IMG/VR virus record: IMGVR_UViG_3300044638_000550
DNA length: 64,000 nt
Source of the DNA: an uncultured virus (IMG/VR IMGVR_UViG_3300044638_000550)
Taxonomy: Duplodnaviria; Heunggongvirae; Uroviricota; Caudoviricetes
Reading direction: 5' to 3' (one strand)
Part shown: piece after piece, positions 15,989-26,514 of the stretch
Numbering within the stretch: position 1 is the first letter of the stretch
Layout of the letters: every line of letters begins with the position of its first letter
The notes under the pieces: model-generated
What the model saw: the letters and a program-made list of their open reading frames with translations, nothing else
Databases searched by the model: none
Told to the model about the DNA's origin: nothing
Program-made: the position numbers and the translations under genes

Positions 15989-16228
15989 TTAAACCAATAT
16001 GTCTATTTTGCGGTTTGTAAAAATTTCTAAATTAAGTTGATTTCGTTCTGCTTTTTTAACATACAACTCAAACTCAAGATTATCAATTTTGTCCTTGACT
16101 TTTTTCATTTTTAAGGCTTGTTTGTATTCTTCTTCAAGTCGTTCAGCCCTGCGTTCTAGCGCATCAGTTTTGTTTGGGTAGCCCTCTGGCTGCACCATTG
16201 GATACCACTTGTGTATTGGAGGAATCAT
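15989..16228 (-). CDS. Coiled-coil hypothetical protein
   Basis: KWYP.VQP motif shared with B 49564-49803. Confidence 0.65.
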   Translation of the reverse strand: MIPPIHKWYPMVQPEGYPNKTDALERRAERLEEEYKQALKMKKVKDKIDNLEFELYVKKAERNQLNLEIFTNRKIDILV

Positions 16229-16509
16229 TTTTCACGCTCTTGTGCCTCTTTGTACCCGTGAATAACTGCTGCTCTTAACCAGGTGCTATCCGCTGACCCA
16301 GCCCATTCTGATAAATTGTTCCACATAACAATATAGTCTGAAGCCTTGCAATGTTTGGCATTGTTCTCAAGCCAAGCCAACATCTTAAAATGGCGCTCTG
16401 TAGGGTCATGGACGGTGTAACCAATTCCATAGAATTCCCTAACGTGACAGCCATTCTTGGCTACCGCACCTACTAGCCCAAAAAGTAATAACAGAATGAG
16501 CCAACGCAT
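16225..16509 (-). CDS. Small secreted protein with two Cys
   Basis: Signal peptide MRWLILLLLFGLVGAVA; conserved in B. Confidence 0.7.
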   Translation of the reverse strand: MRWLILLLLFGLVGAVAKNGCHVREFYGIGYTVHDPTERHFKMLAWLENNAKHCKASDYIVMWNNLSEWAGSADSTWLRAAVIHGYKEAQEREK

Positions 16510-16513
16510 TCAT

Positions 16514-16717
16514 TTACTTTGACCAATAGTGTGAAATGTAACCAAAGATTGAGGAAACGCCTGACACTAAAGCCATGCCCATCCAAAAGCCGCCACGCCC
16601 TTTGTTGGCTAATTCAATCAACGTATCTAGTTGGGCTTCCATTTTGTCAATTTTGGCTTCCATAGATTCAACTTTTTGCCAAAGAACCCCGTATTTGACC
16701 AAATCAATTTCAGCCAT
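16514..16717 (-). CDS. Coiled-coil plus C-terminal TM protein (lysis-associated)
   Basis: Conserved in B; start chosen at MAEID. Confidence 0.7.
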   Translation of the reverse strand: MAEIDLVKYGVLWQKVESMEAKIDKMEAQLDTLIELANKGRGGFWMGMALVSGVSSIFGYISHYWSK

Positions 16718-16718
16718 A

Positions 16719-17261
16719 TCAACTCTTTTGGATAAACGCAAGCGCATAGTAAAGCGGCAAGTTTGTGCCGCCTGAACCCGTTACGGCTGACGTAAAGCCG
16801 CCTGTATTGCCCACAGCGTAAGTATTACCCGCACCCACCACAAACCGATCACGCAAGTCTGGTGTGCCGTTTTGACCATCGCAAAGATAGTAGCCCGCAG
16901 GGATTGAACCAATAGAGCCTGACCACATCACAATCGCACCTGATGGAATTGGGGTGACAGCTGCGCTAGTTCCCAAGATGCCATAAAGGTTGTCGTAAGT
17001 GGCAATCTGCACATTTCCTGAGTCTGTCAAAACAAACTTGTAAGAAAAGCCTTCAGTTAGCCAAATTTCTTGTGGAGGCCGACCGCTTGTCCCCAACTGG
17101 ATAGGATTGGTGTTGGCAATCGTTCCCGCTGAAGTAGTGTAAGTGGTTAGCGGAGTGCTTGAACCCGCTTGGTAGGTATAGATATACCCACCGTTTAAGG
17201 GAATGCCTGTGTTGGTAAAGAATTGAAAACCGTTACCAATGGGTGCAAGATTGACTGCCAT
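16719..17261 (-). CDS. Tail fibre/spike adaptor with tail-collar domain
   Basis: G.PL.GG.IYTY.AG..TP N-domain; IPAGYYLCDGQNGTPDLRDRF collar motif. Confidence 0.75.
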   Translation of the reverse strand: MAVNLAPIGNGFQFFTNTGIPLNGGYIYTYQAGSSTPLTTYTTSAGTIANTNPIQLGTSGRPPQEIWLTEGFSYKFVLTDSGNVQIATYDNLYGILGTSAAVTPIPSGAIVMWSGSIGSIPAGYYLCDGQNGTPDLRDRFVVGAGNTYAVGNTGGFTSAVTGSGGTNLPLYYALAFIQKS

Positions 17262-17263
17262 GT

Positions 17264-19405
17264 TTATTTTCCTAAGTCTGAAAGTTTAGTGCCAGCGCCA
17301 GGCTTTAAAGATTCTTTTGTTTGCTTTATTGCGGCTCTGTTTGCCAAGGCTTCACGGGTCATTGTGCCAATAGGAACAACGCCAAATCCTGCCACATTAG
17401 CGGCTTTTTCTAAACCGCCTTTAGCCATCTCTTTAGCACCCGCCACAAATGTGTTGGATTGGTTTACATAACTTCCACGGGGTTGTGCTTGGGTATATCT
17501 AGCCACATTACCCAAAGCCCGTAATTGTTGGGCAGTCTCACCGTCAACTAATTCTAGCAATCTAGGATCAAGTTGTTTAAGCGCTTTGTTATATCCCGCT
17601 TGGCTGAAGTTACCGTTATCATTTATGACACCAGCTTTATCTTTAAGATAATTAACAACAGCCGCAGACACGGCTTGATGGCCTTCTGAACCTTTGCCTA
17701 GTTGTGCCGTCAGCGCTTCTAAATCACGCTTGTTGCCACCAATAATGTATTTGGCAATAAACTTATCGGGTACTGCATCATTGACCGCAGCATCATAAGC
17801 GGGGTCTTTTTTCAGCATATCAAACCTAGCTTTAGCCGCACTTCTAGCTTCGTTTGCCAAGGGCTTGAGGGCTTCAGCTTCACCAGACAAAGGTAGTTCT
17901 TCCAAAGCCGTGCGAACAATACTAGAGGCGGTTTTAGCGTTGCCATCACCTGAACGCTCTGCTTTACGCATCTCTGCTGCCAAGTTAGTCCTCATGGCCT
18001 CAAAGTTTTCAAACGTCATTGTCTCGCCATTTTTGTAGCGTTCTAATTGTTTGGCAATAGCGGGGGGCAAGAAATCTGTTTTAAGGTCTTTGCCCAACAT
18101 TTTTTCAGCATTGACGGCAAATTGTTTTCCATCAATAGGAAAGTCACCGCCAGCGGCATCTTTGAGCGCTTTGTATTTGGCAGAAATGTCAGCAGTTCTT
18201 GTGTCGTCAAGTGCTTTGTAAGCATTGATTACAGTTTCAGCATTTTCAATGTAGTTTGTGCCATATACATCAGGGGCGGCTTTGTCCCTAATAGCGTTCA
18301 TGTTCTCAATCAATTTACCATTTTGCTCATTAAAACGATTAGCCAAATCAGGGTTTTTTCCCCTCATGTTCATTTCGTCAGATAGCAAATTTATATCTTG
18401 TGTAGCTTGACCACGGGTCAAACGCACAGGCACAGGCAATGTATCAGCCTCAACATGGCGCTCAAGGGCGGGCATATTAAGCTGATTGATTGGTGTAGAT
18501 CGTATTTCGTTTTGCAGTTCAGGGCTTACTTTGGAAAGCATAGCGTTGACTGTAGCTTGATCAGTTGTAGCCGCAGCGCCCGCACTTTGCAAACCACCTT
18601 TGGCTTGAAACTGTTGTTGCATTTGCGCTTCTGCGGGAGTGCGAATTTCACGCCCCCATTGGCTTAAAGTTTCAGCACCTTTAACAAACGGTTTAGCAGC
18701 AATAGCTAAAGGTTTGGCGGCTAAAGCTGGTGCGGCTAATGTTGCCGTTCCCATCATGTTTTGCACATCAGGAAGTGGCAAGCCTGTTTTTTGGGCAATC
18801 CACTCAGCGCCTTTATTGATGTTCTCACCAATGAAGTCCATGATTTGTCGTGATGCTTCAGCTTTGTAAGCGGGGGATTCAGTCACACCAAAAGTTTTAC
18901 CAAATGGTTTTTCTAATGCACTTGTGACAGCTTGACCATATTCTTGCGCTTTTTCAGGCGTTGTAAATGGACGGGATGCCGCTTGAACAACTTGGCCAGT
19001 CATAGGCAAAACACCGCCAACGGTAGTGTCAGCCAATGACGCAAGACTAGCGCCAAAATCTTTTTTGCCTTCTAGCAATTTGTTGTAGAACTGAGCCGCT
19101 AAAGGAAGTTCTGCTTTCTTTTCAGCTTTCTTTTCCTCTTGCGTTTTTCCTGTGGGCGTTGTTTCCCACAGATCAGCTAAGGTTTGACCAGATGCTTGTT
19201 GAGTTTGTTGAGTTTGCTGAACAGGCTGAACCTTGCCGCCCATTTCACGGGTTAAAGAATCAATGTCTCTTTGCGCTCTAGGATCGCCTGATTGCAAACG
19301 TTGCTGTGCTTTGGTCATCTCGTCTTGCAAGATAGCCATGCGGTCAACCTGACGGTTTTGTGCCGTTGCGGGGGCGGCATCCCAAAGTTCAGCAAGACTA
19401 GCCAT
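17264..19405 (-). CDS. DNA ejection protein (gp16-like position)
   Basis: Large helical Ala/Gln-rich protein, third of three. Confidence 0.65.
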   Translation of the reverse strand: MASLAELWDAAPATAQNRQVDRMAILQDEMTKAQQRLQSGDPRAQRDIDSLTREMGGKVQPVQQTQQTQQASGQTLADLWETTPTGKTQEEKKAEKKAELPLAAQFYNKLLEGKKDFGASLASLADTTVGGVLPMTGQVVQAASRPFTTPEKAQEYGQAVTSALEKPFGKTFGVTESPAYKAEASRQIMDFIGENINKGAEWIAQKTGLPLPDVQNMMGTATLAAPALAAKPLAIAAKPFVKGAETLSQWGREIRTPAEAQMQQQFQAKGGLQSAGAAATTDQATVNAMLSKVSPELQNEIRSTPINQLNMPALERHVEADTLPVPVRLTRGQATQDINLLSDEMNMRGKNPDLANRFNEQNGKLIENMNAIRDKAAPDVYGTNYIENAETVINAYKALDDTRTADISAKYKALKDAAGGDFPIDGKQFAVNAEKMLGKDLKTDFLPPAIAKQLERYKNGETMTFENFEAMRTNLAAEMRKAERSGDGNAKTASSIVRTALEELPLSGEAEALKPLANEARSAAKARFDMLKKDPAYDAAVNDAVPDKFIAKYIIGGNKRDLEALTAQLGKGSEGHQAVSAAVVNYLKDKAGVINDNGNFSQAGYNKALKQLDPRLLELVDGETAQQLRALGNVARYTQAQPRGSYVNQSNTFVAGAKEMAKGGLEKAANVAGFGVVPIGTMTREALANRAAIKQTKESLKPGAGTKLSDLGK

Positions 19406-20907
19406 TATTTAATAATCCCCAACATTTTTGCTTGCTGAATTTTTCTACTCATGTCGGCAATATCTTGTTTAGACATTGATGCTTTGAGTTTTGCCACCTG
19501 TTCAGGGGTCATTTCTTGGAAAATTCTAGGGTCAGCAAATTGATTAAACAATTGTGATTTCTCTTGATACTTTACAGGATCATTGCGGAATTGTCCTAAA
19601 TACTCTGCACGTTTTTCTTTTAATCTTTCCACACCAATCATTTGGTCTGAAACTTCTTTAATAGCCTGTAAAGTCATTTTGCCGCTTGGGTTGGCAATTT
19701 CAGCCATAGCCCTAGCCGCATCAGTATTACCGCCCGCCAATGCCAACAATCGAGTGTTCTTAGCCAACTCGTCTGTGGCGGTATTTTCAGCCGTGTAAGC
19801 GTCAATACCCGCTGCGTTCAGAATACCCGCTGCCAACTTCTTACGCTCTGCACCAACGCCCGTAAAGCCTTCTGGTGCAATCTTTTTAATGTTTTGAAAG
19901 ATGGCAATTCTAGGTTGTGCTTCTTTAGAGGCGTTATAAGTATCTTCCCAATCTTTATTGGCAATTCCTGTATTAGCACCAATTGTGCTTGCTATTTGTG
20001 GTGCAAGACCAGTAACCATTGGTGATTGTTGTTTAGTAGCCGCAGATGGGGGAATGTAAGTTGTTCCAACAGGCAAACCGTAAGGATTTCCTTCTACGGC
20101 TACTTGCGGTTGGCCTGGCCCAATTGTCAAAGGCTCTGACCGACCCGTCATGCTTATGCTTGGGGGCTGTCCTGTTGGACTCATTGGTGTGGTAAGAGTT
20201 TCTTTTAACTCGCTACCCGTATTGGTCAAACCAACTTTAGGCGCAAATTCTTGACGTTGTTGTGGGATAGACAACAAAGATGCAGACTCAGCCATTAAAT
20301 CTTTTGTAATGTTTGGGCCAGCTTGGGCTTTCTTTAGCAAATCAATTCGTGCATTGATCATGCGTTCTAATGACGGGTTGTCAGGATTGTTTTTAATCAA
20401 TCCTTCATACACTTTAATTATTTGTTTTGGATCGTTAACGCCCATCAATCCTAGTGAATGATCTGTGTTACCAATAATAGTTCGTTCAGTTTGCGTCAAT
20501 GCTTGCTTGGCACTAGCCGCTTCTGTTTGGCTTTTGTGCAATCCACTCAATGAACTAATAACGTCAGCGCCTGTCAACGGGGCAATCTTTGGAATGACCG
20601 AATTGATCTTGTCCATGTCAATGCGACCATTTGTCTGCCAATTAGATGGGTTGCTTGTGAACTCTTGAAGTCTTAAACGCTCATTGTTTTTTTGGTTTAA
20701 AACTTGATTTTCAATTTGAGCCTTTTCTAAGGTCAAAGGATTCATTTGTCTTGCTTGCTCAACTTCTTGTTGTGCTTTTTGCAAAGCCAAAGGATTTAAC
20801 TGCTGCGCTTGTTGGAAGTTTTGAATTCCACCCGCCAGGTTGACCATTTCCCCAAGACTTGTGGTCTGGGGTTTGGCGTAATTTACGTTCATTGAAAAGT
20901 CAGCCAT
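19405..20907 (-). CDS. DNA ejection protein (gp20-like position)
   Basis: Q-rich N-terminus, synteny. Confidence 0.65.
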   Translation of the reverse strand: MADFSMNVNYAKPQTTSLGEMVNLAGGIQNFQQAQQLNPLALQKAQQEVEQARQMNPLTLEKAQIENQVLNQKNNERLRLQEFTSNPSNWQTNGRIDMDKINSVIPKIAPLTGADVISSLSGLHKSQTEAASAKQALTQTERTIIGNTDHSLGLMGVNDPKQIIKVYEGLIKNNPDNPSLERMINARIDLLKKAQAGPNITKDLMAESASLLSIPQQRQEFAPKVGLTNTGSELKETLTTPMSPTGQPPSISMTGRSEPLTIGPGQPQVAVEGNPYGLPVGTTYIPPSAATKQQSPMVTGLAPQIASTIGANTGIANKDWEDTYNASKEAQPRIAIFQNIKKIAPEGFTGVGAERKKLAAGILNAAGIDAYTAENTATDELAKNTRLLALAGGNTDAARAMAEIANPSGKMTLQAIKEVSDQMIGVERLKEKRAEYLGQFRNDPVKYQEKSQLFNQFADPRIFQEMTPEQVAKLKASMSKQDIADMSRKIQQAKMLGIIK

Positions 20908-20916
20908 GATTTGTCC

Positions 20917-22626
20917 TTATGTCGCTTTAAGCATAGAGCCAAGTAATGCAGTATTGCCAAGGTTGCTCAAAAGGGCTGCATTGTTTGCGCCTGTTTGTGT
21001 GGCGTTGCTTGCCAAAGCGCCACCGATACCAGTTGCAAGATTGGCTGTGTTCAAACCGTAAGCATTTGCTGCGCCAATACCTTGACCGTAACCTTGAGTC
21101 AAATTGCCACCGTAGTTGGATGCCAATGAACCAAGGTTAGAACCGTAGTTTGCACCCAGGTTAGCCAATTGACCAGCTGAAGTGCTGCCAATTTTAGCCA
21201 TGTCTGACAAATTGCTATAAATGTTTTGGCGCTGCGTATTGAAGTTGTTAAACGCATTTTGATATGCGTTGCCAGCATAGTCTTGGGTGTAACGTTGCAG
21301 ACCTTGCAGCGCATTACCGCCCAAAGCACCACCACTCATGTTGCCAGCACGCTGGTTAGCCATCTGGCCTTGAGCCAATTGGAATGCGTAATTAGGCGCT
21401 AAGTTAGCGTTAAGGTCAGCATTCGTAAATTGACGATTGAAATAATCTGCATTTGCGCCCAAACCTGAAGCGCCCTGGCTTCCAATGCTTTGATAAGGTT
21501 GCTGATAGCCAACTTGTTGAGCATATAAATCATACAAATTGCCAGATGTGTTTTTGTAGATATTGGCTAAATCTGTGCGGTTAGCAGTACCTAGATTTTG
21601 AGCATTCAAATAAGCATTTGCCAGGTTAGAGCCAGCTTGTGTGCCGTATTGGTTAATCAGGTTTCTAGCATCAGTAATTCCAGCCTGGTTAGCCGCAGCG
21701 CCCAAACCGCTACCAAGCGCAGACAAACCCAAGCCTGTTGCAAGGCTAGTGCCTAAAGCAGAACCCACGCCAGTTCCCAAGCCTGTGCCGACACCAGTTG
21801 CCAACCCCGTACCTACGCCAGTTGCTAACCCGCCAAGTCCAGTACCAAGTCCCGCACCAACCCCTGTTCCAAGGCCAGTACCAACTCCTGCGCCAAGACC
21901 CGCACCCGTTCCCGCACCTATCCCTTTGCCTAATGCAGCTTGACCGCCTAAACCCGCCATTGCACCCGTACCACCCAATGCACCTAAAGTGCCAAGGTTT
22001 GTGCCACCAACGGTTGAACCTAATGCAGCGTCAGCGCCAAAAGCGCCCGCACCCGCATTTGCCAATTCAAAAGCGCCTAAGTCACCCATTGCAGAAGCAC
22101 CTGCATTAGCCGCTTCAAAAGCAGACCCTGCGCCTGTGCCACCACCAAACAGACTATCAAAACCACCGCCAAGACCGCCAAACAATAAAGCAGAGCCAAG
22201 TGCAAATTCTTTTAGACCACTATCAACTTTTTGTTGTGTGCCTTGACGTTGTAAAGTGCCATCAGGGTTGTATTGGTTATAACTACCGCCTGTTTTGTTT
22301 TCGCCAACTTTATAGGTGTAAACATTTTCAAGACCGCCAATTTGTTGGTTTTCACCGTCACCAATTGTTTGATATTGAGGCTGAACAATTGTGTCGCCAA
22401 GAGTTACTGATTGACCAGGCGGGATGGTAGCCGCAACTCTGGCTGCAACTTCACCAACAGGCACACCGACAACCCTAGCCATTTGATCAGGGGAAACACC
22501 GTATGTTTCCATTGCCTTGGCAATTTGAGCATCACTCATGCCTGGGCTTGCCGCCAACGCATCTTTGACTTGTTGATCTGTATAACCAACAGTTTTAGAA
22601 ACTAATGAATTTATTGTGTTGTCCAT
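20917..22626 (-). CDS. Pilot/DNA transfer protein (gp7-like) with Gly-rich repeats
   Basis: PNYAFQL.QG...GGNAL..L..Y.Q.YA motif; GLGTG repeats. Confidence 0.7.
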   Translation of the reverse strand: MDNTINSLVSKTVGYTDQQVKDALAASPGMSDAQIAKAMETYGVSPDQMARVVGVPVGEVAARVAATIPPGQSVTLGDTIVQPQYQTIGDGENQQIGGLENVYTYKVGENKTGGSYNQYNPDGTLQRQGTQQKVDSGLKEFALGSALLFGGLGGGFDSLFGGGTGAGSAFEAANAGASAMGDLGAFELANAGAGAFGADAALGSTVGGTNLGTLGALGGTGAMAGLGGQAALGKGIGAGTGAGLGAGVGTGLGTGVGAGLGTGLGGLATGVGTGLATGVGTGLGTGVGSALGTSLATGLGLSALGSGLGAAANQAGITDARNLINQYGTQAGSNLANAYLNAQNLGTANRTDLANIYKNTSGNLYDLYAQQVGYQQPYQSIGSQGASGLGANADYFNRQFTNADLNANLAPNYAFQLAQGQMANQRAGNMSGGALGGNALQGLQRYTQDYAGNAYQNAFNNFNTQRQNIYSNLSDMAKIGSTSAGQLANLGANYGSNLGSLASNYGGNLTQGYGQGIGAANAYGLNTANLATGIGGALASNATQTGANNAALLSNLGNTALLGSMLKAT

Positions 22627-22639
22627 GACTTAGGCTTTC

Positions 22640-22879
22640 TCAAACATTGTAGTAAGGCACTTTATAAGCCTGACCATTTACGGTGACATTTATAAACCCA
22701 ACAGGATTAGCGGGAAGCGTTGCAGACCCAGCTGTTGCAGTCGATGCAGAACTGAAATTCAACAAGTTAATAAAAAACTGCTGCCACGCCCGTGATGGAC
22801 GATTAGTCTGCCCATCCAAAAATTGCGTTTGTGGATAAGGGTTAACTTGTTGTGTGCTTGAAAGTCCCGAAGTAGCCAT
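22640..22879 (-). CDS. Small virion protein
   Basis: Conserved in B; SRAWQQFF motif. Confidence 0.7.
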   Translation of the reverse strand: MATSGLSSTQQVNPYPQTQFLDGQTNRPSRAWQQFFINLLNFSSASTATAGSATLPANPVGFINVTVNGQAYKVPYYNV

Positions 22880-24867
22880 TAGTTGTCCGCCCCTTGTACT
22901 TTAAGATTTGCTGAAATGATGACAAAGTTAACAGGATCAGTCACCACCACTTCAAAGATTCTGTCTCGGGCTGTTCCCAATCTGCGCCAAATAGCACGAT
23001 TTCTGTATTTACCCGTTTGACCAACGCCTGTCCAATGCTCATTTGACCAAGTAGAACCACCGTCATTTGACCACCGCAACATTGCTTGTGGATTGGTTGT
23101 GGGGGTTAAAAAATTGATGGTATTGAACTCACCCAAGTTAACAATTTCCAATGGGCCTATTGTAAGAGTACCCGTGTCGGTAATGATGTAAGGGCTTTGT
23201 AAATTGACCGCTTGCAAGACAGAGGAAAGACCCGTTGTCCCCACGCCTGGCTGAAACTGAATCTGCAATTCATCAAAGTATTGCCTTTGAAACTCAGTCA
23301 CCAAGTGAGGCGCTCTCCGCAATCTGCGGACATTCTGACCATCGTCTGTGTAATTGGTCTTATCTAATTGGTAAAGTTTGCCGTTTTCATAGTCACCAAT
23401 GATGACCAAACCTTGAAAAGTAGCGCAGCAATTACCACGGTGACGTTGATATTCGTTGTCATTATTCGTGTAAAGCCATTTGTGCCACAGCTGAGTGGTT
23501 GCGTCATAAGCCCATGTCAGGTTTAAAGTGGGAAATGTCACCACATAAACTTCATGGCCTTCAAGCTGATAAGTCCACGCAATCGCATCTTCAACGTATT
23601 GATTAGCTAATGTGTTCTCAACCGCATGGGTAGAAATTCTTTGGGGGACGTACCCTTGCATTTGCATGATTTGCGCTTGTCCACGGTTATTGCGTGAAAC
23701 GTAAGCAAATGAGTTTCCAAGTCGATACAGGGAAAAAGGCGCTGCAATACCGTGTTGGGTAGATGTGCCAGGGATTCTCTGAAAGGGAAACGGCACAGTT
23801 CCCACATCAGTCCAAACCTCTGAGGAAATCTCACCCATCAAATAAACTTCACGGTGATCAACGATCAAAGCCACCAAATCATCAGGCGCACCGTCTTTTA
23901 AAGAATAGCTAGTGTTGGGAGAAATGGGCGACAAAAGGTCAGTCGATCCCCATTCTTGAGTCGTTGGGTTGTTATAGACAATGTAGTTGTCAATCACATC
24001 CACCGTGTTTGCACCGCTAAAAGCACCGTCACTAGAGGGCAAAACAGAAAAGTTAATGCCAAACATGGTCACGCCAACCGCTACCGTACTTGCCACGCTC
24101 AAAGTGTAAGTTCCAATCCCGCCCGTTCCCGTACCCAAAGCGGTAATGATTGTGTCAATGGTCACGCCAACGCCTTGGACGGTTTGTCCAACATGAAGAA
24201 CCCCTGATGCAACCGCAGAAACGGTCATTGTTGTCCCCGCAATTGTTGCAGTCACCACAGCGCCTACGGTTGCCGAATTTAAAGTTCCTGAAGCCACGGT
24301 TTGGCTTCTGTTGATCGTGTAAGTTCCCGTCCCGCCCGTTCCCGTGCCAAGCGCAGTAATCACGGTTTCAGGCAATACCCCAATTCCATACAAAGACTGA
24401 TTGATGGCAATTGTTCCGCTAGAAACGGTTGTCACGGTCAATGTTGTGCCGCTTGTTGAGCCTGTAAATATAGCTGCTGCGGGGCTTGATATGTACCATG
24501 TGTAACGATAAGCACCGTCCACAATGTAAACATTAACCCCGTTGTCGGTAATCTTGACTATTCCAGAACTGGAATTAAGCTGCCCAATCACAGAGGGTAC
24601 AAGGTTAGCTGTCAGCGCATAGACGTAAGGCCCACAGACCGCAATCAGCTGCTCACCGCCTGAGACAGCATGAAGCCCACGAACTTCTTGTTGGTTAGGG
24701 AAAACAGCTTTGACGGTTAAGCCTGGCGTTGGATAAAGCGCAATCACCCCACGCTCACCTTGTTGTTTAACAGGGTCAACTTCAGGAAAGAAATTGATGC
24801 ACTCTTGGGCATCTTGGTAGATGCTTGGTGCTTCGTATGATGCGCCTACAAAACCGAAATCTGGCAT
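22879..24867 (-). CDS. P22 gp10-like tail hub/head stabilisation protein
   Basis: CINFFPE..LYPTPGL start, [19 protein letters not shown] motifs. Confidence 0.85.
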   Translation of the reverse strand: MPDFGFVGASYEAPSIYQDAQECINFFPEVDPVKQQGERGVIALYPTPGLTVKAVFPNQQEVRGLHAVSGGEQLIAVCGPYVYALTANLVPSVIGQLNSSSGIVKITDNGVNVYIVDGAYRYTWYISSPAAAIFTGSTSGTTLTVTTVSSGTIAINQSLYGIGVLPETVITALGTGTGGTGTYTINRSQTVASGTLNSATVGAVVTATIAGTTMTVSAVASGVLHVGQTVQGVGVTIDTIITALGTGTGGIGTYTLSVASTVAVGVTMFGINFSVLPSSDGAFSGANTVDVIDNYIVYNNPTTQEWGSTDLLSPISPNTSYSLKDGAPDDLVALIVDHREVYLMGEISSEVWTDVGTVPFPFQRIPGTSTQHGIAAPFSLYRLGNSFAYVSRNNRGQAQIMQMQGYVPQRISTHAVENTLANQYVEDAIAWTYQLEGHEVYVVTFPTLNLTWAYDATTQLWHKWLYTNNDNEYQRHRGNCCATFQGLVIIGDYENGKLYQLDKTNYTDDGQNVRRLRRAPHLVTEFQRQYFDELQIQFQPGVGTTGLSSVLQAVNLQSPYIITDTGTLTIGPLEIVNLGEFNTINFLTPTTNPQAMLRWSNDGGSTWSNEHWTGVGQTGKYRNRAIWRRLGTARDRIFEVVVTDPVNFVIISANLKVQGADN

Positions 24868-25499
24868 TATGTTATTTCTCCATATCTTTCACCATCCCGA
24901 ATTCTGCGGATAGTGGATTCGCCAACGCTGTAGCGCCTGGCTATCTCGGCAATATAGTGATGTGGCAATAATGCTCGTATTTCTCTGACTTGATCTTCAG
25001 ATAAAACACGCCTTTTTAAATTAGCCAAACCCGTTTTAGACTGGCTCATTTTACGCTTTGTTTCATCAGAAAGCACTACACCTTTACGGGGTGACGTAAC
25101 GCCTTTGCGGGTAATTGCCCACTTAGCTTTTTGCTCATCTGAATGGGTTTGGCCTTTAAAGTTAACGCCCCATGTTGAAGCGCCAAACTTATTGCCCTTC
25201 ATTTTTTCTCTGTGGGTTTCTGTATGCTTGTAACCTGATGCACCTTCACCGCCATCAGTCATGTTGATCAACTTAATTCCAAGTTTTTTGTTTTGATCAA
25301 TACATTCAGATTCAACCAAAAATGCCAATTCTTCATCAACATCTTTAACAACAAAATCAATTTGCAAACCATGCTTGGCAACAACATTTTTCCAATATTG
25401 ACTGCGGTTGCATTTTGTAAAGGCACGCTTACCTTTACCCTTCCCAATGTAAAAAATTGAGTTAGTGTCTGCTGTTTTATGTTGATAAACGTAATACAT
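24867..25499 (-). CDS. Free-standing GIY-YIG homing endonuclease with NUMOD3 repeats (A only)
   Basis: YYVY...[23 protein letters not shown] / HSDEQKAKW / [10 protein letters not shown]. Confidence 0.88.
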   Translation of the reverse strand: MYYVYQHKTADTNSIFYIGKGKGKRAFTKCNRSQYWKNVVAKHGLQIDFVVKDVDEELAFLVESECIDQNKKLGIKLINMTDGGEGASGYKHTETHREKMKGNKFGASTWGVNFKGQTHSDEQKAKWAITRKGVTSPRKGVVLSDETKRKMSQSKTGLANLKRRVLSEDQVREIRALLPHHYIAEIARRYSVGESTIRRIRDGERYGEIT

Positions 25500-25524
25500 A
25501 GTTCTAATGTTATTTAGAAATGTA

Positions 25525-26505
25525 CTAAATAAAGCCTCCGGTGAGGATCCAGCCTGCGTCCTTTGACTTGTTAACCAACAAGGCATCAGGATAACGTGCC
25601 ACTTGCAATGGCGACATATTGGTGCGTTTCAGGGTAGCTTTGGCTTGCCCTGCAAACGTCTGAATCATCGCAATTTGCGTTGCAGAGGCTTTGCCATACA
25701 TGGGCATTAAACGCTCTGCCAAACACCATCTGAGAGCCATTGAATAGCCTTGTGGCAGCGCTATGTCCTCATACATTGAGTCGTAACGGCTAAACAAGGT
25801 ATTTGCAAACAAGTGCATTTCGCCCTGGGAGGGGCTAGGCCAAATAAATAGATTGCCCGAATCAGCGCCTGGGTTAAAGTAAACCGCCTTGGGCCACGGG
25901 CCACTTAGCGTCTTTAAACCAATCATTTGATAACTGTGCAGTTCCAAAACCGACATTGGGTAATCAAGTCCACCGCCTGTAATCGGCTGACCGTTAGATG
26001 TGGTGTTAACCCTGACAAACGCAGAATCAATGTTTAGTGGCTTTTGGTAGTAAGCGGTGATTGAAGTGGATGCAACGGTTTGATTGATGTTGACTTGGTA
26101 AGTGCCTGTTTCATTGATGTTGCCACCCGCACCCGTCAAAAATTGCGTAATCTTTGTTCCCGCTGTGATTCCTGTGCCACTTAAGGTTTGCCCTTGGGCA
26201 ATAGCGCCTGAAGCTATGGCAGTCACGGTCAGGATATTTCCTGAAATTGAGCCTGTGAAAGACGCACCGATAAAGTTTTGAGTCGATGGGTTAGGGCCAA
26301 TTGTGTATTGGGTTTGTCCTGAAATGACGGGGCAAATGATTTCTGTGACATTGAAAACCATCATGTTTTCGTTTGACCATTGGTCAATTATGTCGTTCAG
26401 CATTTCAAACGCATCAAGCGCTGCGTCAGGAGTCGGGGTTTCACCAGCTTCTAATGCGCCAATGTCTTTTAGCGCTCGGCTAACAATGTCAAAAGGCACA
26501 GCCAT
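25525..26505 (-). CDS. P22 gp4-like head-tail adaptor with inserted beta module
   Basis: [20 protein letters not shown]...[16 protein letters not shown]. Confidence 0.8.
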   Translation of the reverse strand: MAVPFDIVSRALKDIGALEAGETPTPDAALDAFEMLNDIIDQWSNENMMVFNVTEIICPVISGQTQYTIGPNPSTQNFIGASFTGSISGNILTVTAIASGAIAQGQTLSGTGITAGTKITQFLTGAGGNINETGTYQVNINQTVASTSITAYYQKPLNIDSAFVRVNTTSNGQPITGGGLDYPMSVLELHSYQMIGLKTLSGPWPKAVYFNPGADSGNLFIWPSPSQGEMHLFANTLFSRYDSMYEDIALPQGYSMALRWCLAERLMPMYGKASATQIAMIQTFAGQAKATLKRTNMSPLQVARYPDALLVNKSKDAGWILTGGFI

Positions 26506-26514
26506 AGTGTTTCC

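Noticed and set aside
16225..16509. o-spanin lipoprotein
   Set aside because: The Cys follows AKNG rather than a canonical lipobox, and the mature part is not Pro-rich
24867..25586. Group I intron around the GIY-YIG gene, and the longer 239-aa start
   Set aside because: Both flanking genes are intact with no room for an intron core; MYYVY at 25499 is the more plausible start
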